DNA from: Phycisphaeraceae bacterium
GTDB lineage: Bacteria > Planctomycetota > Phycisphaerae > Phycisphaerales > Zrk34
Length of the DNA: 53,783 nucleotides
Direction of reading: 5' to 3'
Assembly (NCBI GenBank): GCA_040905565.1
Contig: JBBDRF010000077.1
Span: 1 to 53,783, forward strand
Positions 9,237 through 19,186 of the stretch are shown piece by piece. The notes beneath the pieces are model-generated. The model did no database searches. It was not told where the DNA came from and saw only the letters and a program-made list of their open reading frames with translations. The first letter of the stretch is position 1. The number at the start of each line of letters is the position of its first letter. A program made the translations under genes and the position numbers.

Positions 9237-12200
9237 ATGTTTTCTGAAGACGAACCACCACGCGTTTCCCAAACTGATAACGCCTCGCAGCAGCGACGTG
9301 AACCCTCCAAAACAACCGAACCTTCGCGGAAACGGCGACGCTGGTTCTGGCCGGCTGTGATCGGCGGCGGGGTGCTGGTGGCCTTGCTGATTGTGGTGGC
9401 GTTGATTCCGACGCTGCTTTCGACAGGGCCCGGCTCGCGGTACATCGCTGGGCAGGTGAGCGACGGCATTCAGGGCGAGGTACGCATCGGCACGCTGTCG
9501 CTCAGCTGGTTCGGGGCGCAAAGCGCGGGCGATGTGGTTGTGCTTGATGCGCAGGGTCGGGAGACGCTGCAGATCGATCAGGCGGACACGCAGCTGAGCG
9601 TCTGGAACGCGATGCGTGGTAACTATCATTTGGGCCGCACGCAGCTGACGGGGGTCCGCGCGGATGTGATCGTGGATGAAGCAGGCGAGAATAACCTGGC
9701 GCAGGCGCTGAGTGGCGATGAGCCCGCCGATCCGGATGCTCAGGCCACGGTGCCGCGTTCGCTGCGGTTTGATCTCTCGCTTGCCGAGGCGCAGGTAACG
9801 CTGCACACGCCCGACGTGCCTGAGCCGATTGTGTTTGAGGACATCGACGGCGAAGCGGCGATGGCTTCGCTTCAGGATCCGCTCAGCGTGCAACTGGCGG
9901 GGCGTTCAAGGCTCGGCGACGCGGCGGGATCGTTCTCGGCCGACGGCCGAATCGCGAACCTCTTCGCAGACGACGGCACGGTGACATTCGCCAACGCGAC
10001 GGGGGCCGGCACCGCCGAGGCGGACGATCTACCCGTGCCCGGCATTGATCGACTGGTGGGCATGGAGGGGCTGCTGACCGACGCGCTGGGCGACCTGGCG
10101 AACCTTTCGCTGACGGTGGATACCGAGGCTGCTCAGCCGCAGTTCGCCTTCGCCGCCCAGACGCCGCGCCTTCGGACGCAGTTCACGGGGGTGGTTAACG
10201 ATCAGGGTGCCGCTGCCATCGATGAGCCGGCGAACGTGAACATGGATCTCAACCCCGAACTCGCCCAGCGGCTGTTCGGCCTTGAGCTCACCGAGCCGGT
10301 TCCTGTCGAGCTTCAGCTGACTGATCTCCGCACGCCGGTCGCCGGCTTCGATCCCAATCGCACCGCGGTCACCGGCACCGTCCGTATCCTGCAGCCGGCC
10401 GAATTCCTCGACGAACAGCAACGCCCCGTCACGCTCACCAGCCTCGAAGCAGCCATCGCCAGCACGAACATCGCCGAGGCGTTGGAACTGGAGCTGACGG
10501 CGGAGCTGGATGTCGAGGACGAGCAGGGCGACGTGCAATTGGCGGGGACCATCAACGATCTTTACAACGCCGAGGGCCAGCTGCAGTGGGATCAGGTGCA
10601 GGCGGATCTGGTGGCGCAGGTGAATAATCTGCCGACCGTGTTCGTCGATCGCCTGGCGCAGCAGGACGGGTTGCTGCTCGAAGCGCTCGGCGACCGCTTC
10701 AGCCTGCGTGCTGAGACCGAATCCGTCGGGGCGGATCAGATCGCGGCGCAGCTGACGCTCACTTCGCCCCGGCTGACGACGGAGACGCTGAACCTGGCCG
10801 TCGATGCGGACTGGATCACGCTCACCGAGCCGGTCGGAGCGGAGATGCTGATCGCGCCGCGGGTCGCCTCGGCGATCGTCGGTGCGGTGACGCTGGCGGA
10901 GCCCGAGCCGGCGGACATGATCCTCCGCACGTTGCGAGCTCCAAGGCCGGCGGCAGGCGAACCGTTCTTCCAGCCGGCCCGCACGCAGATTGATTTTGAG
11001 TTGGCGGCTCAGCGTCCGGTGCATCTGCTGGATGTGCCTGAGCTGGAAGAGGCGATGGCGGAGAATCTTAATGTGCAGCTAGCTGGCCCGTCGCTGGCGG
11101 ACCTCCGCCTGACGCTGCGCGCTTTGCTTGATGACGTGGACGACCCGGCGGGGCAGATCACCACGCTGGCCGGCTCGCCGATCGATGCGGTGCTGCAGGT
11201 GGACACCGGCGTGACCGACGCGGGCCTTGGTGATCTCGCGACCGTTCTCACCCTTGATGCCGACCTGCTTGACGCCCAGTTCGTGGGCACCATCGCCCAG
11301 GGCTGGAGTGCTGTCACGGTCACCGAGCCGTCGACACTGAACATGCTGATTACCCGCGAGATGCTCGCCGCTTTCGATCTTGAAGAGCAGGTTGATCAGG
11401 CGATGCTTTCGGGGCCGTTGCAGCTGGCGATGACGGTTGATCAGCTTCGGATGCCGTTGCCGCTTGAGATGGCGCAGCTGGAGATGGAGGCCGTGGCCGA
11501 TGTGACGGCTCAGCAGCCGGGGCAGCGGAGCGACGCGTTCGTTGTGTGGCTCGGTGAGCAGGCGCGGGTGAACGTTCAGGCCCAGCCTGCGGGCGATCAG
11601 CAGAGTCGGCTGGCGCTGGCTATCAACGCCGACCGGATGCAGGGCGATCTGCTGGCGGACTTCACGCAGGTTGAGGAACGTACAGCAGTCACGTTGGTCG
11701 AACCCGCCACATTCCAGGCCACGCTCAGCGAGGCAGCCGTCGCCGCATTGAATGCGATGCAGGGGGAAGACGCGGAGCCGTTGCTGATCGGCGAGACGGC
11801 GGTGACGCTTGCGCTGACGGAGCTTGACGGGCAGGTGCAGCCGCTGCTTTGGACGAGTCTGACAGCCGAGGCCGAGATGACATCGGACCGTGTCCAGTTG
11901 GCCGCCGGCGCTCTGCCGGGGCAGGAGCAGGTGGGCCAGGTGGAGGGGGTGGTGGTTGAGGATCTGCGATCGCAGTTGCGTTTCAACGGCGCGCAGAATC
12001 AGGCACAGCTGCAGTTGAGCGGGACCACGTGGGTGGCTGACCAGGCGGAGCCGGGCAGCTTGCAGATCGACGCGGTCGCTGAGCAGATCATCGTGGACAA
12101 CGAACTGGCGCTCGCCGATGCGGACATCCAGGCGGAGATGCAGCTTGAGCAGGTGCCGACGCGGCTGGTGGCGGGGTTCATTGAATATCAGCCGCTGGTG

Positions 12201-13967
12201 CCGTTGCTGGGCCCGCTGGCGAACCTGACAGCGACGGGCGAGTGGGACGGTTTCCCGCCGCGTGAGGGTGTGGTGGATGCGGAGATTCAGTCGGCGAATC
12301 TCACCGCCGACCTGCCGTTCCGCGTGACCGACGGCATCCTTGAACTCGTCCGCCCCGCACGCTCGGTGCTGACCGTGACGCCCGAAGCCTACGACGCCGT
12401 CATGGCCCCCGAGCCCGCAGACGAAGCGCCGGCCCCGGGTGCCGAGGCTCCCCCTCAACCGCAAGACCCGCAGCAACCGCCGCTGGGCACGCTCACCGAG
12501 CCCGGCGACATCCAGCTTGAACTGCAAAGCCTGCGCTGGCCGCTGCCGACGATGAACGGTGGCGAGGAAGTCGAACCGCGTGAGGCGACACAGCTTTCGT
12601 TCGTCGGCGCCCTCAGCAGCGAAGCCCTCACGTTCGCAAGCACCGGTCCCGACGAAGCCCCCGCCACGCTGAGTTTCAACCTGCAGTTCGATGGTGAAGA
12701 TCTCAGCCAGCCGTCGCCGTACCAGTTCACGGGACAGATTCAGCCGGCGGCACCGCGCTTCGTCGAAGGCGATCAACCGCAGCAGCCGCAGCAGCCGCAA
12801 CTTCCAGAGCAGCCGGCCGAAGAAGAGGACGGCGTCGCGGCGATCCCCACACCCGAGGGCTCGTTCCAGTTCGCCGGCACCGTGGCCAACCTCGTCGACA
12901 GCCTCGGCCAACCCACCCTTGACGCGATGCGGGTCGACCTGCAAGGCGAGGCGAACGACCTGCCCGTCGGCTGGCTCGATCAGTGGACCGCACAGGAGGG
13001 CATGTTGCTCGCCACGCTGGGCCCGCAGCTCGATCTGGAAGTTTCCGGGCAACTGCAGCAGTTCACCGGGCCCATCTCGCTGTTGGCGACCTCGACCAAC
13101 GGCAGCGCGACCGTCGTCGGCAATCTGCAGGACGGCGTGTTCCAGCCCACGCAGCCGATCACCGCGTCTCTTCAGGTGACGCAGCAGATGGGCGACCGGG
13201 TGCTCCGCAGCATCCACCCGATCTTCGAAACCGCCGTCAGCGGGCCCGATCCCATCGCGCTGAACATCCCCGTGCAGGGCGTCAGCATTCCGGTGCAGCC
13301 GTTCGACCTGACGCAGGCGAATATCCCCGTCGCCAACCTCGCGGTGGGGCAACTGTCGATGCGGCAGGGCGGCACGCTGGCGGCTGTCCTGACCGGGCTC
13401 GAACGGCTGGTTCGGCAGGATCTCGAAGCCGGTGAGATTGTCGAAGCGTGGTTCACGCCGGCTGTGTTCGAACTCAGCAACGGGCAGCTGCGCTACCAGC
13501 GCCGGCTGGACATCCTCCTCGATCAACGCATTCAGCTGGCGACGTGGGGGCAGATCGATCTGGCTAATAACACCGTCGATCTGTCGCTGGGGCTGCCTGC
13601 GGCGATGCTCGAGCGGATGTTCGGCGTCGATGTGCCCGAGGGCTCGGTGTTCACGATCCCTATGCGAGGCAACCTTGAGGGCGTGCCGCAGATGGACTGG
13701 GGCCGGGCCGCGACGGACATGGGGCGACTCGTTGGCCAAGCGGAACTCGCGGAGCAGTCGCCGATCGCGGGGGCGATTCTGGGCGACGTGTTCTCGGAGA
13801 TTCTCGAAACCCAGCCGCCGCCGCCTTCCGTTTCGCCGCTTCCCTGGGCGGACGTTCCCCTTGAGCCCGCGCCCGAGGCCGCCCCGCCGGAGGAAGAGCC
13901 GACCGAGCCTGAGGAGGACGAGCCCCGTGCTCCGTCCCTCCGCGACCTGCTCGAACGCATCCGCTGA
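9237..13967 (+). CDS. Very large single-TM, acidic, repetitive periplasmic protein (AsmA/TamB-like, putative bridge-like lipid transfer protein)
   Basis: RKRRRW plus TM helix, then 'LSLSWFG' AsmA-like N-terminus; repeated units LP..(ID/VD)RL...GLL..ALG; beta-strand-like alternation. Confidence 0.65.
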   Translation: MFSEDEPPRVSQTDNASQQRREPSKTTEPSRKRRRWFWPAVIGGGVLVALLIVVALIPTLLSTGPGSRYIAGQVSDGIQGEVRIGTLSLSWFGAQSAGDVVVLDAQGRETLQIDQADTQLSVWNAMRGNYHLGRTQLTGVRADVIVDEAGENNLAQALSGDEPADPDAQATVPRSLRFDLSLAEAQVTLHTPDVPEPIVFEDIDGEAAMASLQDPLSVQLAGRSRLGDAAGSFSADGRIANLFADDGTVTFANATGAGTAEADDLPVPGIDRLVGMEGLLTDALGDLANLSLTVDTEAAQPQFAFAAQTPRLRTQFTGVVNDQGAAAIDEPANVNMDLNPELAQRLFGLELTEPVPVELQLTDLRTPVAGFDPNRTAVTGTVRILQPAEFLDEQQRPVTLTSLEAAIASTNIAEALELELTAELDVEDEQGDVQLAGTINDLYNAEGQLQWDQVQADLVAQVNNLPTVFVDRLAQQDGLLLEALGDRFSLRAETESVGADQIAAQLTLTSPRLTTETLNLAVDADWITLTEPVGAEMLIAPRVASAIVGAVTLAEPEPADMILRTLRAPRPAAGEPFFQPARTQIDFELAAQRPVHLLDVPELEEAMAENLNVQLAGPSLADLRLTLRALLDDVDDPAGQITTLAGSPIDAVLQVDTGVTDAGLGDLATVLTLDADLLDAQFVGTIAQGWSAVTVTEPSTLNMLITREMLAAFDLEEQVDQAMLSGPLQLAMTVDQLRMPLPLEMAQLEMEAVADVTAQQPGQRSDAFVVWLGEQARVNVQAQPAGDQQSRLALAINADRMQGDLLADFTQVEERTAVTLVEPATFQATLSEAAVAALNAMQGEDAEPLLIGETAVTLALTELDGQVQPLLWTSLTAEAEMTSDRVQLAAGALPGQEQVGQVEGVVVEDLRSQLRFNGAQNQAQLQLSGTTWVADQAEPGSLQIDAVAEQIIVDNELALADADIQAEMQLEQVPTRLVAGFIEYQPLVPLLGPLANLTATGEWDGFPPREGVVDAEIQSANLTADLPFRVTDGILELVRPARSVLTVTPEAYDAVMAPEPADEAPAPGAEAPPQPQDPQQPPLGTLTEPGDIQLELQSLRWPLPTMNGGEEVEPREATQLSFVGALSSEALTFASTGPDEAPATLSFNLQFDGEDLSQPSPYQFTGQIQPAAPRFVEGDQPQQPQQPQLPEQPAEEEDGVAAIPTPEGSFQFAGTVANLVDSLGQPTLDAMRVDLQGEANDLPVGWLDQWTAQEGMLLATLGPQLDLEVSGQLQQFTGPISLLATSTNGSATVVGNLQDGVFQPTQPITASLQVTQQMGDRVLRSIHPIFETAVSGPDPIALNIPVQGVSIPVQPFDLTQANIPVANLAVGQLSMRQGGTLAAVLTGLERLVRQDLEAGEIVEAWFTPAVFELSNGQLRYQRRLDILLDQRIQLATWGQIDLANNTVDLSLGLPAAMLERMFGVDVPEGSVFTIPMRGNLEGVPQMDWGRAATDMGRLVGQAELAEQSPIAGAILGDVFSEILETQPPPPSVSPLPWADVPLEPAPEAAPPEEEPTEPEEDEPRAPSLRDLLERIR

Positions 13968-13984
13968 GGAGCCTGGCGTGCGTA

Positions 13985-13999
13985 CTGTCAGATTGGCAG
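13985..13999. promoter_or_regulatory. Imperfect palindrome, candidate enhancer-binding-protein site upstream of dnaK
   Basis: ctgtca-gat-tggcag, about 80 bp upstream of a sigma-54-like promoter. Confidence 0.4.
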
Positions 14000-14080
14000 C
14001 CGTGAGACTTTATCGTCGAGACGTGGCAGCGACGCAGCGCCGTAAGTGTCGATTTTGCCGTGTTTCGCATGGTACGTCAC

Positions 14081-14096
14081 TGGCATCGCGCTTGCT
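14081..14096 (+). promoter_or_regulatory. Sigma-54 (-24/-12) promoter of dnaK
   Basis: TGGCATCGCGCTTGCT has GG and GC at the exact spacing of the consensus TGGCACGRNNNTTGCW. Confidence 0.6.
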
Positions 14097-14180
14097 GAAA
14101 GTCATGCACGTGGCGGGCTGCATCGGCCCGAACCGTCACACGATTTTCCACCGGCATCAGCTGGGAAAGGTACGATAATC

Positions 14181-16115
14181 ATGTCCAAAGCAATCGGTAT
14201 TGACCTGGGCACCACCAACTCCGTCGTTGCCATCGTCGAGGGTGGTCAGCCCAAAGTGCTCGTGAACCGCAGCGGTAACCGCATCACCCCGTCCGTCGTC
14301 GCTTACACCGATAAGGGCGAAGTGCTCGTCGGCCAATCAGCGCGGCATCAGCAGGTGACCAACCCCCACCGCACCGTCTACTCCATCAAACGCTTCATGG
14401 GCCGACGCCACAGTGAGGTCCAGTCTGAAGAAAAGATGGTGCCTTACAAAATCGTCGGCGAATCCAGCGAACTGGTGAAAGTCGAGCTCGACGGCAAGAC
14501 CCTCACGCCTCAGGAAGTCAGCGCCAAGGTGCTGATGGACCTGAAAAAAACCGCGGAAGATTACCTCGGCGAAAGCGTCACCGAAGCCGTCATTACCGTG
14601 CCCGCTTACTTCAACGATTCGCAGCGGCAGGCCACCAAGGAAGCCGGCGAAATCGCGGGCCTCAAGGTCGACCGCATCATCAACGAACCCACCGCCGCGG
14701 CCCTGGCTTACGGGCTGGATAAGAAGAAGGAAGAGACCGTCGCGGTGTTCGACTTCGGCGGCGGCACGTTCGATATTTCCATCCTCGAAATCGACCCCGA
14801 GGTCGGCACCTTCCAGGTGAAATCCACCAACGGTGACACGCACCTCGGCGGTGACGACGTCGACCAGCGTCTCATCGATCACATCGCTGACGAGTTCCGC
14901 AAGACCGAAGGCATCGACCTCCGCAACGACGCGATGGCGCTGCAGCGGCTCAAGGAAGCGGCTGAAAAAGCGAAGATGGAGCTTTCGTCGCAGCTGGAAA
15001 CGTCGGTGAACCTGCCGTTCATCACAGCCGACCAGTCAGGGCCCAAGCACCTGCAGATGACGCTGACGCGGGCGAAGCTGGAATCGCTGATCAGCGATCT
15101 GCTCGAACGCCTTCGCAAGCCCTGCCTCGCCGCCCTCGAGGACGCCAAGCTGAAGCCGGCCGACATCAACGAGGTCGTGCTGGTGGGTGGTTCAACCCGC
15201 ATTCCCGCCGTCCAGAAGCTGGTGAAGGACCTGTTCAACCGCGAGCCGAACAAGTCGATCAACCCCGACGAGGTCGTGGCGATCGGTGCGGCCATCCTCG
15301 CCGACGAACTGGGCAAGGGTAAGGAATCGGACATCCTGCTGCTGGACGTCACCCCGCTTTCGCTGGGCATTGAAACGCTCGGCGGCGTGATGACCAAACT
15401 CATCCCCCGCAACACCACCATTCCGACCAGCAAGAAGGAAGTCTTCTCAACGGCTGCGGATAACCAGACCGAAGTGACGATCCACGTCCTTCAAGGTGAG
15501 CGGGAGTTTGCAAAAGACAACCGCACGCTCGGCACGTTCAACCTCACGGGCATTCCCCCGGCGCCGCGCGGCGTGCCGCAGATCGAGGTCGAGTTCAACA
15601 TCGACGCCAACGGCATCCTCCACTGCAAGGCCCGCGATACGGCCAGCGGTAAGGAACAGTCCATCGAGATCAAGGGCGCCAGCGGGCTCGACGAAGCTGA
15701 GATCGAGCAGATGAAGAAGGACGCCGAGGCTCACGCGGAGGAAGACAAGAAGCGTCGCGAGTTCGTCGAGGTCCGCAATCAGGCGGATACGACGGTCTAC
15801 CAGACGCGCAAGTCGCTGCAAGAGCATGGCGACAAGGTTTCGCAGGAAGTCCGCACCGGCATCGAACGCGCCCTCAGCGACGCGGAAGAGAAGATGAAGG
15901 GCGAGGACAAGGAAGCCTTGGAAGCTTCGCTTCAGCAGCTTCAGGAAGCGGCGATGGAACTCGGCAAGATCGCCTACGAGCAGGCCCAGGCATCCGGCGG
16001 CGACGGCGCTCAGGCCGGCGAGCAGCCAGCCGAGGGCGGCGAAGAAGGCGGCGAGAAGAAAGCCGACGAAGATGTCATCGATGCCGAGTTTGAAGTCAAA
16101 GACGAGAAGAAATAA
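14181..16115 (+). CDS. dnaK: Molecular chaperone DnaK (Hsp70)
   Basis: [68 protein letters not shown]-terminal DAEFE. Confidence 0.98.
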   Translation: MSKAIGIDLGTTNSVVAIVEGGQPKVLVNRSGNRITPSVVAYTDKGEVLVGQSARHQQVTNPHRTVYSIKRFMGRRHSEVQSEEKMVPYKIVGESSELVKVELDGKTLTPQEVSAKVLMDLKKTAEDYLGESVTEAVITVPAYFNDSQRQATKEAGEIAGLKVDRIINEPTAAALAYGLDKKKEETVAVFDFGGGTFDISILEIDPEVGTFQVKSTNGDTHLGGDDVDQRLIDHIADEFRKTEGIDLRNDAMALQRLKEAAEKAKMELSSQLETSVNLPFITADQSGPKHLQMTLTRAKLESLISDLLERLRKPCLAALEDAKLKPADINEVVLVGGSTRIPAVQKLVKDLFNREPNKSINPDEVVAIGAAILADELGKGKESDILLLDVTPLSLGIETLGGVMTKLIPRNTTIPTSKKEVFSTAADNQTEVTIHVLQGEREFAKDNRTLGTFNLTGIPPAPRGVPQIEVEFNIDANGILHCKARDTASGKEQSIEIKGASGLDEAEIEQMKKDAEAHAEEDKKRREFVEVRNQADTTVYQTRKSLQEHGDKVSQEVRTGIERALSDAEEKMKGEDKEALEASLQQLQEAAMELGKIAYEQAQASGGDGAQAGEQPAEGGEEGGEKKADEDVIDAEFEVKDEKK

Positions 16116-16140
16116 CCGCTTCTCAACAGCTTGATAAATG

Positions 16141-16175
16141 CGAAGCCCGCGGTCTGCACAGGCCGCGGGCTTTTT
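16141..16175 (+). terminator. Intrinsic terminator after dnaK
   Basis: aagcccgcgg-tctgcacagg-ccgcgggcttttt. Confidence 0.75.
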
Positions 16176-16245
16176 GTGACCCGTTGAAGCCTACACTGTG
16201 GGCGGATTTTGTCCCGGGCTATGCATTTGAGGGGGTAAGCGGGGG

Positions 16246-18069
16246 ATGAATCATCGGGGGGATCAGTCAACAGCGCAACTGCTGATGCTCGTGTCGGCGG
16301 TGGTGGTTGTCGCCGCGTTGTACTTGGGCCAGGCGGTACTGATGCCGCTGGCGCTGGCGGTGCTACTGAGCTTTCTGCTGACGCCGATCGCTGCACGTCT
16401 GGAGCGGCTCGGCCTGTGGCGGGTGCCTTCCGTTCTCGCCGTGACCGCCCTCGCGTTCACCGTGCTCGGCGGGGTCGGCTGGCTCGTTGCCGATCAACTG
16501 GCGGACCTGATTCAAAGCCTGCCCCTGTACCGCACGAACATCCGCAATCGCATCGAGGCGTTGTGGGGGTACGGCGAAGGCTACCTCGAATGGGTCCTCA
16601 ATTTTGTGGAGCAGTTTCAGGAGGATTTCGCCCCGCGCCCGGATCCCTTCGAAGCGCCCGACCCGGAGCCGACCGCCGACCCTGTCCCGGTCACCATCGT
16701 GCAGCCTGCACCGAGCCCGCTGGAGATCGCACGCTTCGCCGGGCCGCTGCTGGGGCCGCTCGCCACGGCTGCCATGACCATCGTGTTCACGCTGTTCATC
16801 CTTGTGCAGCGGGATCAGCTTCGCGATCGCATCATCCGCCTCGCGGGGCTTGGGCGCATCGATGTGACCACGAAGGCGCTCGACGACGCCGGCCGGCGCA
16901 TCAGCCGTTACCTGCTCGCGCAGGTCATCATCAATGTCAGTTACGGCGTGCCGATCGGGATCGGCTTGTGGATCATAGGGCTGCCGAACGCGCTGCTGTG
17001 GGGCGTGCTGGCGATGCTTGTGCGTTTCGTACCGTTCATCGGGCCTTGGCTGGGGTCGCTGCTGCCGATCGCGATGAGTCTGGCGGTGTTCGATGACTGG
17101 ACGCGGCCGGCTGCGGTGATCTCCCTGTTCGTCACCCTCGAACTCTTCAGCAACAACGTGATGGAGCCGTGGCTATACGGTTCGAGCACGGGGATATCGA
17201 TGCTGGCGGTGGTGCTGGCCGTGGTGTTCTGGACGTGGCTATGGGGGGCGATCGGGCTGGTGTTGGCGACGCCGTTGACGGTCTGCCTGATGGTACTGGG
17301 CAAGTACGTCGATCGCCTGGCGTTTCTGAACATCCTGCTCAGCGACGAACCGGTGCTCGATCCACGCAGTCGGTTCTATCAACGCCTGCTGGCGCAGGAT
17401 CATGAAGATGCGCTGGAACTGGCCGATACGTTTTTCACCGAACACTCGCTGGTGGAGGTGTATGACCAGATCCTCGTGCCGGCGCTGCACATGGCCGAAC
17501 GCGATCGACACCGCGGTCGGCTCGACAAGGCGCAGCAGGAGTTCGCCTACAGCGCGGTGCGCGAAATCATCCGCAGCTTGGGGCAGCTCAAGGTCGACGC
17601 CGAGTTGCACCGCCTCCACACGAATCCTGAAGAACGCGACTGGCGCACGACCCTTGAGCGCGCCCGCTCGTTGACCATCGCCTGTGTCCCGGCCCGTGAC
17701 GAAGCGGACGAATTGGCTGCGGAGATGTTCGCCCAAGTGCTGACCGCCCGCGGCCTCACGGCGCAGACGCTCACGGTGGAACGGCTGGCGGGCGAACGGC
17801 TCGAACGTGTCGCAGAGCTTCACGCTCCAATCGTCTGCATCTCCGCCCTGCCCCCCTTAGCCGTCATGCATGCCCGCTACCTCCACAAACGCCTCGCCCA
17901 GCGTTCGCCCGATACGGCGCAGGTCATCGGCTTGTGGAATTTCACCGGCGACATGGAACGCGTCCGCGATCGGATTCAGTGTGGCGCGCGCGACTGCATC
18001 GTTCTCACCTTTGCCGACGCGCTGCAGCAGGTTCGTCAGCACCTGGCGAACGTCATGGGCCGACCGTAA
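16246..18069 (+). CDS. AI-2E family permease with C-terminal cytoplasmic domains
   Basis: PLALAVLLSFLL.P, RDRIIRL, RFVPFIGP, EPWLYG, FWTWLWG.IGLVLATPLT. Confidence 0.9.
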   Translation: MNHRGDQSTAQLLMLVSAVVVVAALYLGQAVLMPLALAVLLSFLLTPIAARLERLGLWRVPSVLAVTALAFTVLGGVGWLVADQLADLIQSLPLYRTNIRNRIEALWGYGEGYLEWVLNFVEQFQEDFAPRPDPFEAPDPEPTADPVPVTIVQPAPSPLEIARFAGPLLGPLATAAMTIVFTLFILVQRDQLRDRIIRLAGLGRIDVTTKALDDAGRRISRYLLAQVIINVSYGVPIGIGLWIIGLPNALLWGVLAMLVRFVPFIGPWLGSLLPIAMSLAVFDDWTRPAAVISLFVTLELFSNNVMEPWLYGSSTGISMLAVVLAVVFWTWLWGAIGLVLATPLTVCLMVLGKYVDRLAFLNILLSDEPVLDPRSRFYQRLLAQDHEDALELADTFFTEHSLVEVYDQILVPALHMAERDRHRGRLDKAQQEFAYSAVREIIRSLGQLKVDAELHRLHTNPEERDWRTTLERARSLTIACVPARDEADELAAEMFAQVLTARGLTAQTLTVERLAGERLERVAELHAPIVCISALPPLAVMHARYLHKRLAQRSPDTAQVIGLWNFTGDMERVRDRIQCGARDCIVLTFADALQQVRQHLANVMGRP

Positions 18070-19186
18070 GGCCGTCCGGCTGCGCTCGGCGGCCGTCGCG
18101 ATCGAAGGCCTGAAGCAGGCGACGCGTGACAGCTGCGGGATCCGCAGCTCGACAGATCACGCCGCTGACGGCCACGCCCCTCGCGCCCGCTTCGACCACT
18201 TCGGCGATGTTGTCGGCGTTGATCCCGCCGATCGCGAGGTGCGGCATGTCCGGGAACTGCTGCACAAACGCGCGCAGGTACGCCAGCCCCGAAGCGGTGC
18301 GTTGCTTGGTGGTGGTGGGGTAGATCGCCCCGACGCCGCAGTAGTCAGCCCCGCCTTCGACAGCTCGGCTGGCCTCGTCAAGATCATGCGTGCTCGCGCC
18401 GATGAGCATGGCGGGGCCGAGCATGCGCTTCACCCGCGCGATCGGCAGATCGTCCTGGCCGAGGTGCACGCCGGCTGCGGAGGCGAGCATCGCGACGTCC
18501 GGCCGATCGTTCACAATCACGTCCGCCCGACCTTCCACCGCCGCCCGGATACGCTCGACGCGATCCAGCAGCTCGCCGCCCGCTAGAGATTTTTCACGCA
18601 GCTGAATGCAATCCACGCCGTTGTCTGCCGCCGCCCGGGCGACGTCCAGCCAGTCATGATGCTCGCACATGTCGGCAGTGATGATGGCGCACAGACGCCA
18701 CTGTTTCGCCGGCCGCGTGGTCAGCCGTTGGTGAAGCAGACGCTCTAACTCGTAGCCGCGGTAGCGGATTTGTTTGACGTCAGCGGCGAAGGAACCGTCG
18801 ATCAGCTTGCCGTATTCCTCGCAGCAGCGGAGCGATTCGCTGAGCCGTTTGCCCGCTGCGATGGCGACGTCGACGACGCTGCCGCGCTGCTGCTCGGCTT
18901 CGGTGGTTAGTGCGGTGCCGACGTCGTTGGGCGTGTCGCGGTTGAGCGGAAGGTCGGGGAGCTTGCGCAGGGCGGTGGCGAAGTCGTGCCGCAGGTTCTT
19001 GGCGGTTTCGGTGATGGGCGTGTCGTTCAGCAGGAAGCGGGCCGCGTCTTCCATCACCCGCAGCGCTTCGCGCGCACGGTTGGCGTTGGCATCGAGCAGC
19101 CGCGTCACGTTCGGATCCAACGGCTGCGCGGCGTGCTTCGGAAATGCGTCGGGAGAAGGTGGGGGGGGAGGTGGCGGGGGGGTCAT
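18053..19186 (-). CDS. thiE: Thiamine-phosphate synthase, long form with N-terminal helical domain
   Basis: RLLDANANRAREALRVMED, IQLREK, VNDRPDVA, GVHLGQDD, GASTH, TTTK, AIGGI. Confidence 0.93.
   Translation of the reverse strand: MTPPPPPPPPSPDAFPKHAAQPLDPNVTRLLDANANRAREALRVMEDAARFLLNDTPITETAKNLRHDFATALRKLPDLPLNRDTPNDVGTALTTEAEQQRGSVVDVAIAAGKRLSESLRCCEEYGKLIDGSFAADVKQIRYRGYELERLLHQRLTTRPAKQWRLCAIITADMCEHHDWLDVARAAADNGVDCIQLREKSLAGGELLDRVERIRAAVEGRADVIVNDRPDVAMLASAAGVHLGQDDLPIARVKRMLGPAMLIGASTHDLDEASRAVEGGADYCGVGAIYPTTTKQRTASGLAYLRAFVQQFPDMPHLAIGGINADNIAEVVEAGARGVAVSGVICRAADPAAVTRRLLQAFDRDGRRAQPDGLTVGP

Noticed and set aside
11079..13739. 886-aa antisense ORF
   Set aside because: Stop-free shadow of a strongly biased GC-rich gene; Arg/His/Leu-rich with no motifs.
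19161..19182. G8 and G7 tracts at the thiE 5' end as a phase-variation switch
   Set aside because: Explained by poly-Pro codons; the frame is intact and the tracts are short.
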